A stretch of 64,000 bases of DNA from positions 3,455-67,454 of the forward strand of contig JBEKLX010000001.1 of NCBI GenBank assembly GCA_050008795.1. Direction: 5' to 3'. A program made the position numbers and the translations under genes. The notes under the pieces are model-generated. The model saw nothing but the letters and a program-made list of their open reading frames with translations, did no database searches and was not told the origin of the DNA. Numbering within the stretch: the first letter of the stretch is position 1; each line of letters starts with the position of its first letter. Below, piece by piece: positions 48,994 to 57,541 of this stretch. The DNA comes from Verrucomicrobiia bacterium. GTDB taxonomy: Bacteria; Verrucomicrobiota; Verrucomicrobiia; Palsa-1439.

Positions 48994-49160
48994 CCGAAGC
49001 GATAACGGCATCTATCTCTCGCAGAGAACGCAGAGCTTTTCACCTCTTTGCGCCTTGGCGGCTTTGCGTGACCGCGGTTGCCGCGAAAACCACATCGCGG
49101 CGTTTGGCGCACTCAGCGGCGCCGTCTCCGCTACGCTTCGGCTCCGTCGGACTCGGCTTT
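48994..49160. repeat. Composite repeat: P1 copy 2 (48994-49035) followed by structured repeat P2 copy A (49077-49160)
   Basis: P2 core GTTGCCGCGAA..CGGCGGCGTTTGGCGCACTCGGCGGCGCCGTCTCCGCTACGCTTCGGCTCCGTCGGACTCGGCTT. Its ends pair (GCCG/CGGC, CGACGG/CCGTCG) around an internal GGCGC...GCGCC hairpin. Copy A is ~88% identical to copy B. Confidence 0.85.
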
Positions 49161-49405
49161 GCGGCCAACACTCCATCTTTGATTGAGATTGACACGCGTG
49201 TGGGCGGTGAAATGACCGGCAAGTTTGCTTGCCCGGTGGAATCCGGTCGGTTACAATGTCTCTGTGAAACTCGACCGACAGGCCGTTACCAAGTCCACGC
49301 TCCAACAGCACGAAGACGATAATTTCGTCCCCGGCACCATCGAGGAACGCGTGTTGATGGTCTGGCCTATTACCCGCGAAGTCGCCGCACTCAGTCCCAA
49401 GCACG

Positions 49406-49885
49406 ATGTGGAACGAAGATTACAGAGACATGTTGTGCGCGTTGAACGCCGAGGCCGTTGAGTACATCCTCGTCGGCGCGTACGCTTTAGCTGCGCACGG
49501 GTTTCCCCGCGCCACGCTCGACATGGACGTGTGGGTGCGACCGTCCCCAGCCAATGCCGACCGCGCTTTCAAAGCACTCTCACGCTTCGGCGCGCCGATG
49601 GCTAACCTTTCAGCGGCGGATTTTGCGAAAGAGGACGCCGTGGTGCAAATTGGCGTCGCACCGCGCAGGGTGGACATCATCACGAGCGTTTCCGGACTGA
49701 CTTTTGAGGAATCGCGTCGGAGCGCATTGTTGCGAGAGATTGAAGGGTTGACCGTACCGATTCTGGCGTTACCCGACTTGATCCGCAACAAGCTTGCCTC
49801 CGGGCGCCCCAAAGACCTCGAAGATGCCAAGCTATTGCAGAAACATCTGCGGCAATCGGCGGGGTCAACTGGCCCAACGCTCTGA
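49406..49885 (+). CDS. Minimal nucleotidyltransferase (MNT-fold) protein, possible TA/defence component
   Basis: G[AS]...D.D signature (ILVGAYALAAHGFPRATLDMDVWV) and a C-terminal LPDLIRNKLASGRPKDLEDAKLL motif typical of a widespread small NTase family. Preceded by the R2 promoter repeat, a TTGCCC-17-TACAAT promoter, and a short overlapping upstream ORF (49357-49461, 34 aa). Confidence 0.65.
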   Translation: MWNEDYRDMLCALNAEAVEYILVGAYALAAHGFPRATLDMDVWVRPSPANADRAFKALSRFGAPMANLSAADFAKEDAVVQIGVAPRRVDIITSVSGLTFEESRRSALLREIEGLTVPILALPDLIRNKLASGRPKDLEDAKLLQKHLRQSAGSTGPTL

Positions 49886-49937
49886 CGCTCCACCCTTCGC
49901 GGTTTTATTCCTTTTCCTTGGTCAGATGACTGAGCCG

Positions 49938-50141
49938 CTAGTCTTCCATGCCGGCCAGTTTCAGAATAGCGCGTTGCAGGCCGGACTTGAGTGACTGATT
50001 GCCATGAACAGGGACGACGATCAGGGCGCGCTCGCCGGGTTTGCCATAGATGTGGTGGCTGCCCTTGATGTGCTTGAGTTGCCAACTGTGTTGTTCCAAT
50101 AGACGACAAACTTCCTTGCCGCTATAGCTCTTTGTGCTCAT
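49938..50141 (-). CDS. hicA: HicA-family mRNA interferase toxin
   Basis: 67 aa: SGKEVCRLLEQHSWQLKHIKGSHHIYGKPGERALIVVPVHGNQSLKSGLQRAILKLAG matches the HicA/YcfA fold signature. Confidence 0.85.
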   Translation of the reverse strand: MSTKSYSGKEVCRLLEQHSWQLKHIKGSHHIYGKPGERALIVVPVHGNQSLKSGLQRAILKLAGMED

Positions 50142-50197
50142 TTACAAACAGGTGGTCATGTCAACCAATCTGCCTTTAGCTGGAGCGGAAGGAACTA

Positions 50198-50404
50198 TCA
50201 GACAGCCACTTCCAGGATTTGCACGTCAGGCTCTGGCTGCCGGCCCTCGCCGCGCAGGGTCTCCAAATAAAGCTCAATGGCCTCGTGGATGTTGCTCCTC
50301 AGTTCCGACAAAGTATTGGCTTGGGAAAAGCAGCCCGGTAAGGCAGGCACTTCAGCCCAGTATCCACCATCAGGTTCCGCGTGGACTGCGATCTTGTAGG
50401 TCAT
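50198..50404 (-). CDS. hicB: HicB-family antitoxin (UPF0150 N-terminal domain only)
   Basis: 68 aa: YKIAVHAEPDGGYWAEVPALPGCFSQANTLSELRSNIHEAIELYLE. Upstream of hicA on the same strand. Confidence 0.85.
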   Translation of the reverse strand: MTYKIAVHAEPDGGYWAEVPALPGCFSQANTLSELRSNIHEAIELYLETLRGEGRQPEPDVQILEVAV

Positions 50405-50413
50405 GGCAGGTAG

Positions 50414-50442
50414 AATATAGCCGACTCACAGCGAGATTGCAA
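50414..50442 (-). promoter_or_regulatory. Putative sigma70 promoter of hicB-hicA (TTGCAA-17-TATATT)
   Basis: On the minus strand: TTGCAA, a 17-bp spacer, TATATT, then the hicB ATG 12 nt later (near-leaderless). Confidence 0.5.
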
Positions 50443-50515
50443 CGGTCGTATTCCAGCGGCAGTGCGGGGCGTATAGGCGTTGGAAAAGTGAGGGCGGGAA
50501 GTACTGCCCGAAACC

Positions 50516-50661
50516 ACTATCTCTCGCTGAGTGCGCAGAGCTTGCCACGTTTCACGTGGACGCTGGGCTCTCTGTGTGTTGCCGCGAACGACGGCGGCGT
50601 TTGGCGCACTCGGCGGCGCCGTCTCCGCTACGCTTCGGCTCCGTCGGACTCGGCTTGTGAG
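50516..50661. repeat. Composite repeat: partial P1 (50516-50539), hairpin CCACGTTTCACGTGG, and P2 copy B (50568-50661)
   Basis: P2-B is ~96% identical (4 mismatches in 94 nt) to P2-C at 51622-51715. It directly abuts the 3' end of the peptidase gene. Confidence 0.9.
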
Positions 50662-50663
50662 AG

Positions 50664-50684
50664 ATTATTCCTTTTCCTTGGTCA
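50664..50684. repeat. 21-bp exact repeat R3 (TTATTCCTTTTCCTTGGTCAG); second copy at 49905-49925
   Basis: Here it encodes the last six codons and the stop (LTKEKE*) of the peptidase. The other copy lies just 3' of hicA in non-coding sequence. Confidence 0.85.
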
Positions 50685-51576
50685 GGAAGGCGATGAACTT
50701 GTCCTCGAACGCCTGCAGGTCTGGGTCGGTGCTGCCGTATACTTCACGCCAGGCGGAGTCGAATCGCGCGCCTTCGCTCTGTAGCTTGACCAGCTTCATC
50801 AGAGGCGTCATGCCGCCGTGCTTGTAGTACAGGAAACTCACCAGCCGCTGCGACTCGATGTAGAACGCCGCGACCTCGTCCTTGGATTGCGGATAATCGA
50901 CGGTGCTGGTCAAATCTTTCAGCGGGATGTATTTGTCCCGGCTCAGATTGTCCGAGATATTCTTGATGGTGTACTGGCGCGCCTTGAGGTAAGCACGGTA
51001 GATGCGGATGCCTTCAAATTCGGCGAGTCCTTCGTTGAGCCACAATGGGATGTCTCCCTTTACGAATCGGTGAAGCACGAGATGAGTCAGCTCGTGCGGC
51101 AGTGTCTGGCCCTGAAACTTGAAGTGCGGACGCGAACAGAAGAACAGTTCGCGTCCCGTACACCAGCCGCCCGTCCACGCGTCCATTTTGCCGTCGCCGA
51201 CGAATTTTCGCCAGGCCTCTTGGTTGAGGAACACGTAAAGGTGGCATTTGCGCTCGAATGAATCCTGCGTGATATCGAGATCTCTCTTGATCCCGGCATA
51301 GGACCACTCGGCCGCAGCGACCAATTGCGTCACCAAAAAGCCCGTTTCGGTGTGGAAGATGAAATGGTCGGATTCGCTGTGTTCCCACTTCACGGTCTCG
51401 AGATTCAGGGCCGTATCACCCTGACGCGACACGTAGCGCTCGCTCAATTCCGCAAACGGCACAACCTTGAGGTTGTACAGATTTTGCACCGGGAAATCTT
51501 CTTCGTCGCCCGTTGCTGCTTGACCGCAACAAATGGCTGCAATGGCCAGACCGACAAGCGCTCTGACGAGGTTCAT
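50665..51576 (-). CDS. Peptidase MA-family (zincin) protein, secreted
   Basis: HExxH...E zinc-binding arrangement (HELTHLVLHRF...NEGLAEFEG; Peptidase_MA_2-like). Signal peptide from the ATG at 51576 (MNLVRALVGLAIAAICCGQA). Flanked by P2 copies B and C. Confidence 0.7.
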   Translation of the reverse strand: MNLVRALVGLAIAAICCGQAATGDEEDFPVQNLYNLKVVPFAELSERYVSRQGDTALNLETVKWEHSESDHFIFHTETGFLVTQLVAAAEWSYAGIKRDLDITQDSFERKCHLYVFLNQEAWRKFVGDGKMDAWTGGWCTGRELFFCSRPHFKFQGQTLPHELTHLVLHRFVKGDIPLWLNEGLAEFEGIRIYRAYLKARQYTIKNISDNLSRDKYIPLKDLTSTVDYPQSKDEVAAFYIESQRLVSFLYYKHGGMTPLMKLVKLQSEGARFDSAWREVYGSTDPDLQAFEDKFIAFLTKEKE

Positions 51577-51621
51577 GACCGCTTGTATAGATTCCGTCCG
51601 CCGCAAGTTCCAGCGAAATCT

Positions 51622-51715
51622 TCTCTGTGTGTTGCCGCAAACGACAGCGGCGTTTGGCGCACTCGGCAGCGCCGTCTACGCTACGCTTCGGCTCCGTCGG
51701 ACTCGGCTTGTGAGA
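51622..51715. repeat. Structured repeat P2, copy C
   Basis: TCTCTGTGTGTTGCCGCAAACGACAGCGGCGTTTGGCGCACTCGGCAGCGCCGTCTACGCTACGCTTCGGCTCCGTCGGACTCGGCTTGTGAGA. Lies in the divergent region between the peptidase and epimerase genes. Confidence 0.9.
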
Positions 51716-51743
51716 AATAACCCCTCTTATTCCGGTTTCGAGC

Positions 51744-52772
51744 ATGGCAACTTTTCAGGATTGGTTTTTGCGAGGCGGCTCTTATACTCGCGTTGTGCAA
51801 AAGGTCCTCATCACTGGCGGGGCGGGGTTTATTGGGTCGCATCTGGCCGAGGCATTGGTGGCGGCGGGCAAGGAGGTCGCCGTCCTCGATGATCTCAGCA
51901 CCGGGTCGCTCGACAATCTCACGGCATTGCGCAAACACAAACAATTCCAGTTCACCGAAGGCTCGGTGCAGAATGAGGCGGTGGTGACGCGGTTGGTCGC
52001 AAAAGCGGATTTTGTGTATCACCTCGCTGCGGCGGTGGGCGTTGAGTTGGTGGTGCGCAGGCCGGTCCACACGCTGGAGGACAACGTCCGCGGCACGGAG
52101 AACGTGTTGGCGGCGGCCAGCCGACACGGCACAGGCGTGTTGCTAACGTCGACGTCGGAAGTGTACGGCAAGAGCGAGAAGGCGTCTTTCAGTGAGGACG
52201 ATGATTTACTGATTGGTCCACCGAAATTCGCGCGGTGGGGGTACGCCTGTTCAAAATTGTTGGATGAATTTCTGGCGCTCGCGTACCAGCATGAGAAGCA
52301 GTTGCCGGTTTATATCGTGCGATTGTTCAATACCGTTGGGCCGCGCCAGACTGGCCGGTACGGGATGGTGGTGCCTCGGTTCGTGCAGGCTGCAGTACGC
52401 GGGGAGCCGATTGTCATCCACGGCGATGGAAAGCAATCCCGCTGTTTCTGCCATGTGAGCGACGTGGTGCGGGCATTGGTGAATTTGCCGGGGTATCCGC
52501 AGGCGGTCGGACAGATCTATAACATCGGTAGCACGGAGGAAGTAACGATACAGGAACTGGCGGAACGGGTGAAACAGTTCACGAAGAGCCGGTCGGAGCT
52601 GCAGTTCGTCCCGTACGACGAAGTATACGCGAAGGATTTTGAGGATATGCGACGGCGCGTTCCGAGCATTGAGAAGATCCGGCTTCTGACGGGATGGCAG
52701 CCCACGAAATCACTGGATGAAATCATCCGTCGGACAGTGGAGTATGCCCGGTCTGAAGACGCTGGCCGGTGA
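51744..52772 (+). CDS. NAD-dependent epimerase/dehydratase (extended SDR; UDP-glucuronate decarboxylase / UDP-sugar epimerase-like)
   Basis: Rossmann motif ITGGAGFIGSH and catalytic Y..K (YACSK). Confidence 0.8.
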   Translation: MATFQDWFLRGGSYTRVVQKVLITGGAGFIGSHLAEALVAAGKEVAVLDDLSTGSLDNLTALRKHKQFQFTEGSVQNEAVVTRLVAKADFVYHLAAAVGVELVVRRPVHTLEDNVRGTENVLAAASRHGTGVLLTSTSEVYGKSEKASFSEDDDLLIGPPKFARWGYACSKLLDEFLALAYQHEKQLPVYIVRLFNTVGPRQTGRYGMVVPRFVQAAVRGEPIVIHGDGKQSRCFCHVSDVVRALVNLPGYPQAVGQIYNIGSTEEVTIQELAERVKQFTKSRSELQFVPYDEVYAKDFEDMRRRVPSIEKIRLLTGWQPTKSLDEIIRRTVEYARSEDAGR

Positions 52773-52805
52773 TGTGCGGCGGGTTTTTCTTAGTCGAACA
52801 CTGGA

Positions 52806-52881
52806 TGGAGCCGGCGATCGGACTTGAACCGATAACCTTCTGATTACAAATCAGATGCTCTGCCAATTGAGCTACGCCGGC
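52806..52881 (-). tRNA. tRNA-Thr (anticodon UGU)
   Basis: GCCGGCG-TA-GCTCAATTGGCAGAGC-A-TCTGA-TTTGTAA-TCAGA-AGGTT-ATCGG-TTCAAGT-CCGAT-CGCCGGC-T-CCA, 76 nt with encoded CCA. Confidence 0.9.
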
Positions 52882-52920
52882 AAATCCCTACAAGCGCTGA
52901 ATATGCCACGCGCTCCACGC

Positions 52921-54510
52921 TTAGTCCAGCGCGGCAAAGGCCGTTCCCAGGCTCATGATTAAATCGGTGGCCAATAACGCTTGTTCGCCATAACGTTTAC
53001 AAGCAATGTCTCCAGCTGATCCGTGCAGATACACGGCTGCTCGCGCCGCGCTCAATGGCGACAAGCCTTGCGCCAGTAACGCGCCGATCATTCCCGTTAG
53101 CGCATCCCCCATCCCGCCCTTGGCCATGCCGGGATTGCCCGTCATATTGACCCAGAGTTTGCCCGATGGGTCAGTGATCACCGTGCCCGCGCCTTTTAAT
53201 ACCGTGATGACACCGTGTTCGCGCGCAAATCCGCATGCCACCTTCCAGCGATTCGCCTGCACGTCTTGAATGCTCTTTTTCACAAGCCTGGCCATCTCAC
53301 CGGGATGCGGTGTCACCACCACGGGCACCCGGAGCCGCTTCAGCAGGAACGGGTACCGCACCAGCGCGTTCAACCCGTCGGCATCCAGCACAAGCGGCAC
53401 CGTGCTCCGGTTAATCAAATCGTGCACCATTTCCTGCGTCTCCACACCCTGCCCCAACCCGGGCCCGATCGCCACGGCGCCGAATCCCGTAGTGTCGGTG
53501 ACGCTGTCCAACGCTCGTGGCATGACTTCGGATGGACAATTCACAGCGACAATCGGCAGAATTGCGCGCGGTACCGCCAGAGTGACCAATCCGGCTCCCG
53601 ACCGCGCCGCCGCGTGGGCGCACAACACTGGAGCACCGGTGTAACCTTCCGCGCCCGCAACGATAAGTAGATGACCGAATTCACCCTTGTGCGCGCCACG
53701 CCGCCGCGCCGGGAGCACCGGTGCCACGTCATGGGCGGAAATCAGTTCCACGTCCGTTTCGATCGAGTCCACAAACTGCCGCGGGAACCCGATATCGGCA
53801 ACTTCGAGCCTGCCCACAAAATCCACGGCGCTAGGCCTCAATAAACCGATCTTCGGCAAACCCATTGTCACCGTCACCTCGGCACGGACGCAGACCCCGT
53901 GAACCTCGCCGGTATTGCTGTCCAGTCCCGATGGGATGTCAATCGCCACCACGGGCCGGTGCAGCTCGTTCACACAGTCGATTGCCGAGGCATACGGCTC
54001 GCGCACGGCGCCGGTCAGTCCCGTGCCCAGCAAGCCGTCCACGACAATAGCCGGTGTGGTCTCAGCAACAAGCTGTCGTAAACATTCACGCGGACCAATC
54101 TCTCTGGTCGCGGTTTTCAATGACCGTCCGTGGGACACATGCAGTCGCGGCGACTCGACGACTCGGACGCCGTCCGGCAACCGTTTAAAGTGAAGGAGCG
54201 GATCGCCTTTAAGGTCTGTGCGGTGACATAACAACACCAGTGTCGGCTGGCATCCTGCGTTCGCCAGATGACGTGCCGCGACGATGGCGTCGCCACCATT
54301 GTTGCCTTTGCCGGCAAGAAGAAGCATGGAACGCGTGTCGCGTGCGCGCAAAAGCCCGATGCACGTTTTGGCCACAGCCGTGCCGGCCCGTTCCATGAGT
54401 TCGGCGCTTGGCACGCCGGCAGCGATGGCTTGTTGGTCGAGCTGACGGATTAGCGCGGTGGTGACCGCTTTCATGAAGGTGACTTTAACAGAATAACGAT
54501 CCAAAAGCAA
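52921..54510 (-). CDS. nnr: Bifunctional NAD(P)H-hydrate repair enzyme (epimerase/dehydratase; YjeF N- and C-terminal domains)
   Basis: 529-aa ORF with similarity to both YjeF N- and C-terminal domains (e.g. GGMGDALTG). Confidence 0.85.
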   Translation of the reverse strand: MLLDRYSVKVTFMKAVTTALIRQLDQQAIAAGVPSAELMERAGTAVAKTCIGLLRARDTRSMLLLAGKGNNGGDAIVAARHLANAGCQPTLVLLCHRTDLKGDPLLHFKRLPDGVRVVESPRLHVSHGRSLKTATREIGPRECLRQLVAETTPAIVVDGLLGTGLTGAVREPYASAIDCVNELHRPVVAIDIPSGLDSNTGEVHGVCVRAEVTVTMGLPKIGLLRPSAVDFVGRLEVADIGFPRQFVDSIETDVELISAHDVAPVLPARRRGAHKGEFGHLLIVAGAEGYTGAPVLCAHAAARSGAGLVTLAVPRAILPIVAVNCPSEVMPRALDSVTDTTGFGAVAIGPGLGQGVETQEMVHDLINRSTVPLVLDADGLNALVRYPFLLKRLRVPVVVTPHPGEMARLVKKSIQDVQANRWKVACGFAREHGVITVLKGAGTVITDPSGKLWVNMTGNPGMAKGGMGDALTGMIGALLAQGLSPLSAARAAVYLHGSAGDIACKRYGEQALLATDLIMSLGTAFAALD

Positions 54511-54554
54511 CGCGTAGCGATTAACTTAGTCTATCCGCACGCCCGCGCCAGCTT

Positions 54555-54630
54555 TGGCGGCCCCAACGGGATTCGAACCCGTGTACCCAGATTGAGAATC
54601 TGGAGTCCTAGGCCTCTAGACGATGGGGCC
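54555..54630 (-). tRNA. tRNA-Glu (anticodon CUC)
   Basis: GGCCCCA-TC-GTCTAGAGGCCTAGGAC-T-CCAGA-TTCTCAA-TCTGG-GTACA-CGGGTTCGAATCCCG-TTGGGGCC-G-CCA, 76 nt. Confidence 0.85.
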
Positions 54631-54730
54631 ACACAAACTCAGTAATCGGTAACCAGTGCCCAGTGAACGTGACACAGAGTACAGGCCGGCAATGGAAAAT
54701 CAAGCGCTTTGGAGCGCACCGGCTTGTCCG

Positions 54731-56146
54731 TCACGATCCCGCAGCAGCGGGATGAAGAGCCGGCGGTTTGTCGTTATCTAAACCACGCAACCGCGCCAGC
54801 AGTTTGTCGTGAATCCCATCAAACTTTCCGTTGGAGAATACCGCCACCACATCGCCGCGGCGCAATTGCGGCGTCAGCGCATCGAGGATGGCCTCGGCGT
54901 TCGGCGCGTACCCGGCAATTTTGCCACGCTCGCGCAACACGGCCACGATCCGTTCGGGATTCAGCCGCTCTTTTTCAGCCAGCTCCTTTAGCCGGTCCAC
55001 CTTCGCGATGAACGCGCCGTCGGCTTCAGCGAGGGCGTCGGCAAGCTCGTTCTGAAAAATGTTGCGACGCGTCGTGTTGCTCCGCGGCTCGAACAACGCC
55101 CATACGCGGCGTTGCGGATACTTCCCGCGGATGGCACGGATGGTTTGTACCAGCGCCGTAGGGTGATGCGCGAAATCATCAAGTACCGTTATCCCGGCTG
55201 CTTCGCCGCGCACTTCCATGCGGCGTTTCACGCCTGTGAACGTTGTAAAGCCGCGCTGGATCTGATCGTGGGAGAGCCCCAATTCGGCGGCGCAAATGGC
55301 GACAGCAGCGGCATTGCGCTGGTTGTGTTCGCCGGCCAAGGGGATGTTGAAGCCGCTGAAGTCAGCGATGCTGAAAAAACGGACACGGCACTGCGCGCCC
55401 GTGACGACCTCGCGCACGTTGGCATCCTCGCCGTTTGCGACGATCAGCCCACGACGGGGCACCACGGCCACGAGTTGGCGGAATGCGCGTTTCACCGCGG
55501 CCAAATCGGGAAAGATGTCGGCGTGGTCAAACTCGACGTTGTTGAGGATTACCGTGCCGGGGAGGTAATGGACGAACTTGCTGCGTTTATCGAAAAACGC
55601 CGTGTCGTACTCGTCGCCCTCGACCACGAAGTAACGACCATAAGCCGGAACGCTTATATCGCCAGATGGAAGAAGGGTGAGTCGCGCGCCGCCGCTCGGA
55701 AAGTTGTTCGGGATGCCGCCGATAAGGAACGACGGCGACAGCCCCGCCGATTCCAGCACCCACGCGAGCAGCGACGTGGTGGTCGTCTTACCATGCGTGC
55801 CGGCGATCACCACTGAGTGACGTCCGCGAAGAAAAAACTCGCGCACTAATTCAGGCAATGAGCAGTAATTCCATTCCTCGTCCAGCACGCGTTCGACTTC
55901 GGGATTGCCCCGCCTGACCGCGTTGCCAATAACGACCAGCCCGGGGTGATGATCGAGATTTGTCTCGCGGTAGCCGGAGAACATGCTGATGCGCCGCGAT
56001 TCCAGAAAGGTGGACATCGGCGGATAGACGTTTTCGTCGCTGCCGGTGACAATATAGCCGAGGTCGCGGCACAGTACAGCGACCGAGGCCATCGCCGTGC
56101 CGCAAATCCCAACGAAGTGAACCGATTTGACCTCCTTATGCAACAT
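54731..56146 (-). CDS. mpl: UDP-N-acetylmuramate:L-alanyl-gamma-D-glutamyl-meso-diaminopimelate ligase (murein peptide ligase)
   Basis: Mur ligase motifs (VIAGTHGKTTTTSL, DEYD) and Mpl-type N-terminus. Confidence 0.8.
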   Translation of the reverse strand: MLHKEVKSVHFVGICGTAMASVAVLCRDLGYIVTGSDENVYPPMSTFLESRRISMFSGYRETNLDHHPGLVVIGNAVRRGNPEVERVLDEEWNYCSLPELVREFFLRGRHSVVIAGTHGKTTTTSLLAWVLESAGLSPSFLIGGIPNNFPSGGARLTLLPSGDISVPAYGRYFVVEGDEYDTAFFDKRSKFVHYLPGTVILNNVEFDHADIFPDLAAVKRAFRQLVAVVPRRGLIVANGEDANVREVVTGAQCRVRFFSIADFSGFNIPLAGEHNQRNAAAVAICAAELGLSHDQIQRGFTTFTGVKRRMEVRGEAAGITVLDDFAHHPTALVQTIRAIRGKYPQRRVWALFEPRSNTTRRNIFQNELADALAEADGAFIAKVDRLKELAEKERLNPERIVAVLRERGKIAGYAPNAEAILDALTPQLRRGDVVAVFSNGKFDGIHDKLLARLRGLDNDKPPALHPAAAGS

Positions 56147-56179
56147 CCGCTAGGGTTCCCCACAGGGCTTGTAGCAAAC

Positions 56180-57025
56180 ATGTACCAGAAAATCAATGTT
56201 TCTGATTTTGATCTGGCGAGCACGCTGGAATGCGGCCAGGCGTTCCGCTGGTCACGCGCTAATGGAGGTTGGTTTGTAGGCGTGGTGGGACGCGAGGCCT
56301 GGCGGCTACGGCAAGAGAACGATATCTTGCTCTGCCATTGTAGCCCCGAAATTGTTTCGGGGATACAACACTACCTTTCCCTTGACCGCTCGCTCCTCGA
56401 CATTGTAGCCACCTTTCCAGCTGACGACGCGGCGCTGCGTGACGCGGTACGGCGGCACTGGGGACTGCGGGTGTTGCGGCAGGAACCATGGGAAACGCTC
56501 GCGTCGTTCATCGCCAGCTCAACAAAGCAGATTGTCCAGATTCGACAGATCGTGGAGCTGCTCGCTCACCGCTTCGGTGAACCGATTGGAAATGATTTTC
56601 ATGCGTTTCCGACCGTCGAAGCGATTGCGCGGGCTTCGCATGAACAACTTTTGGAATGCAAGCTGGGTTTCCGCGCAAAGAATTTGCTGGCGACCGCGCA
56701 AATGATAGACAGCGGCGCCATCAAATTCGACGCGCTGCGGTCAATGGAATACGGGCACGCCTTGGAAGAGTTGGTGAAACTGCCCGGCGTAGGCGAAAAG
56801 ATCGCCAATTGCGTCCTGCTGTTCTCCTGCGGATTCGATCAGGCGTTTCCGATCGACGTGTGGATCGAACGCGCATTGTGTCGGCTGTATTTTCCACGAA
56901 AACGCAATGTGACACATCGGCAACTGCGCGAGTTTATCGGTTCACACTTTGGTCCTTGTGCCGGCTGGGCACAGCAATACTTGTTCTTCGCCGAGCGGAC
57001 CCGGAATAAAAAGACGCGGAAGTAG
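56180..57025 (+). CDS. ogg: 8-oxoguanine DNA glycosylase/AP lyase (Ogg family)
   Basis: HhH-GPD motif (LPGVGEKIANCVLLF) and conserved catalytic Lys/Asp region. Start at the ATG at 56180 (MYQKINVSDF...); the ORF-track upstream extension is antisense to mpl. Confidence 0.8.
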   Translation: MYQKINVSDFDLASTLECGQAFRWSRANGGWFVGVVGREAWRLRQENDILLCHCSPEIVSGIQHYLSLDRSLLDIVATFPADDAALRDAVRRHWGLRVLRQEPWETLASFIASSTKQIVQIRQIVELLAHRFGEPIGNDFHAFPTVEAIARASHEQLLECKLGFRAKNLLATAQMIDSGAIKFDALRSMEYGHALEELVKLPGVGEKIANCVLLFSCGFDQAFPIDVWIERALCRLYFPRKRNVTHRQLREFIGSHFGPCAGWAQQYLFFAERTRNKKTRK

Positions 57026-57060
57026 TGGCCAGGCCAACAATCCGGGTTTTCCCAAAACTT

Positions 57061-57528
57061 TCAGTACAACTTCCGGTCCGGTTTGTCGTTCCACTCGCGT
57101 AATGCAACCAAAGCGGCATCGCGGGCGAGTTGGTGCAGCGGAAGTCTGCGTTTGGGAATCGGCAGACTGAGTTCGGTGTATATGAGCGCGTCGTCAAATC
57201 CCATCGCGGCGGCGTCCTGACGCGTGAGAGCGTAATAAACGCGTTCCAACTGTGCCCAGTAAATGGCGGCCAGGCACATGGGACACGGCTCGCAACTGGT
57301 GTAGATCTCCGCGCCGCAGAGATGGCAACTGCCTAGGTTGCGGCAGGCGTCGCGGATGGCGATGATCTCGGCGTGCGCCGTCGGGTCATTTGTGGAAATC
57401 ACCTGATTGCTGCCGCGTCCCACGATCCGGTTATCCTTCACCACAACGGCTCCAAATGGGCCGTCTGTCCCGCCCCGGACGGATTCCAGTGAAAGACGGA
57501 CTGCTTCGTCCATGAATTCGCGCTTCAT
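57061..57528 (-). CDS. CMP/dCMP-type nucleoside deaminase (guanine deaminase/TadA-like)
   Basis: Zinc motifs HAEIIAI and SCEPCPMC. Start assigned to the ATG at 57528 with a GGTGAG RBS; earlier in-frame ATGs are possible. Confidence 0.75.
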   Translation of the reverse strand: MKREFMDEAVRLSLESVRGGTDGPFGAVVVKDNRIVGRGSNQVISTNDPTAHAEIIAIRDACRNLGSCHLCGAEIYTSCEPCPMCLAAIYWAQLERVYYALTRQDAAAMGFDDALIYTELSLPIPKRRLPLHQLARDAALVALREWNDKPDRKLY

Positions 57529-57541
57529 CGTCTCACCAACA

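Noticed and set aside
47827-51715. Interpretation of the P2 repeats as canonical integron attC sites
   Set aside because: No RYYYAAC / GTTRRRY core pair could be found at the repeat ends in either orientation. The genes are not co-oriented, and no integrase or attI is nearby. The locus is kept only as an attC-like or REP-like hypothesis in the findings.
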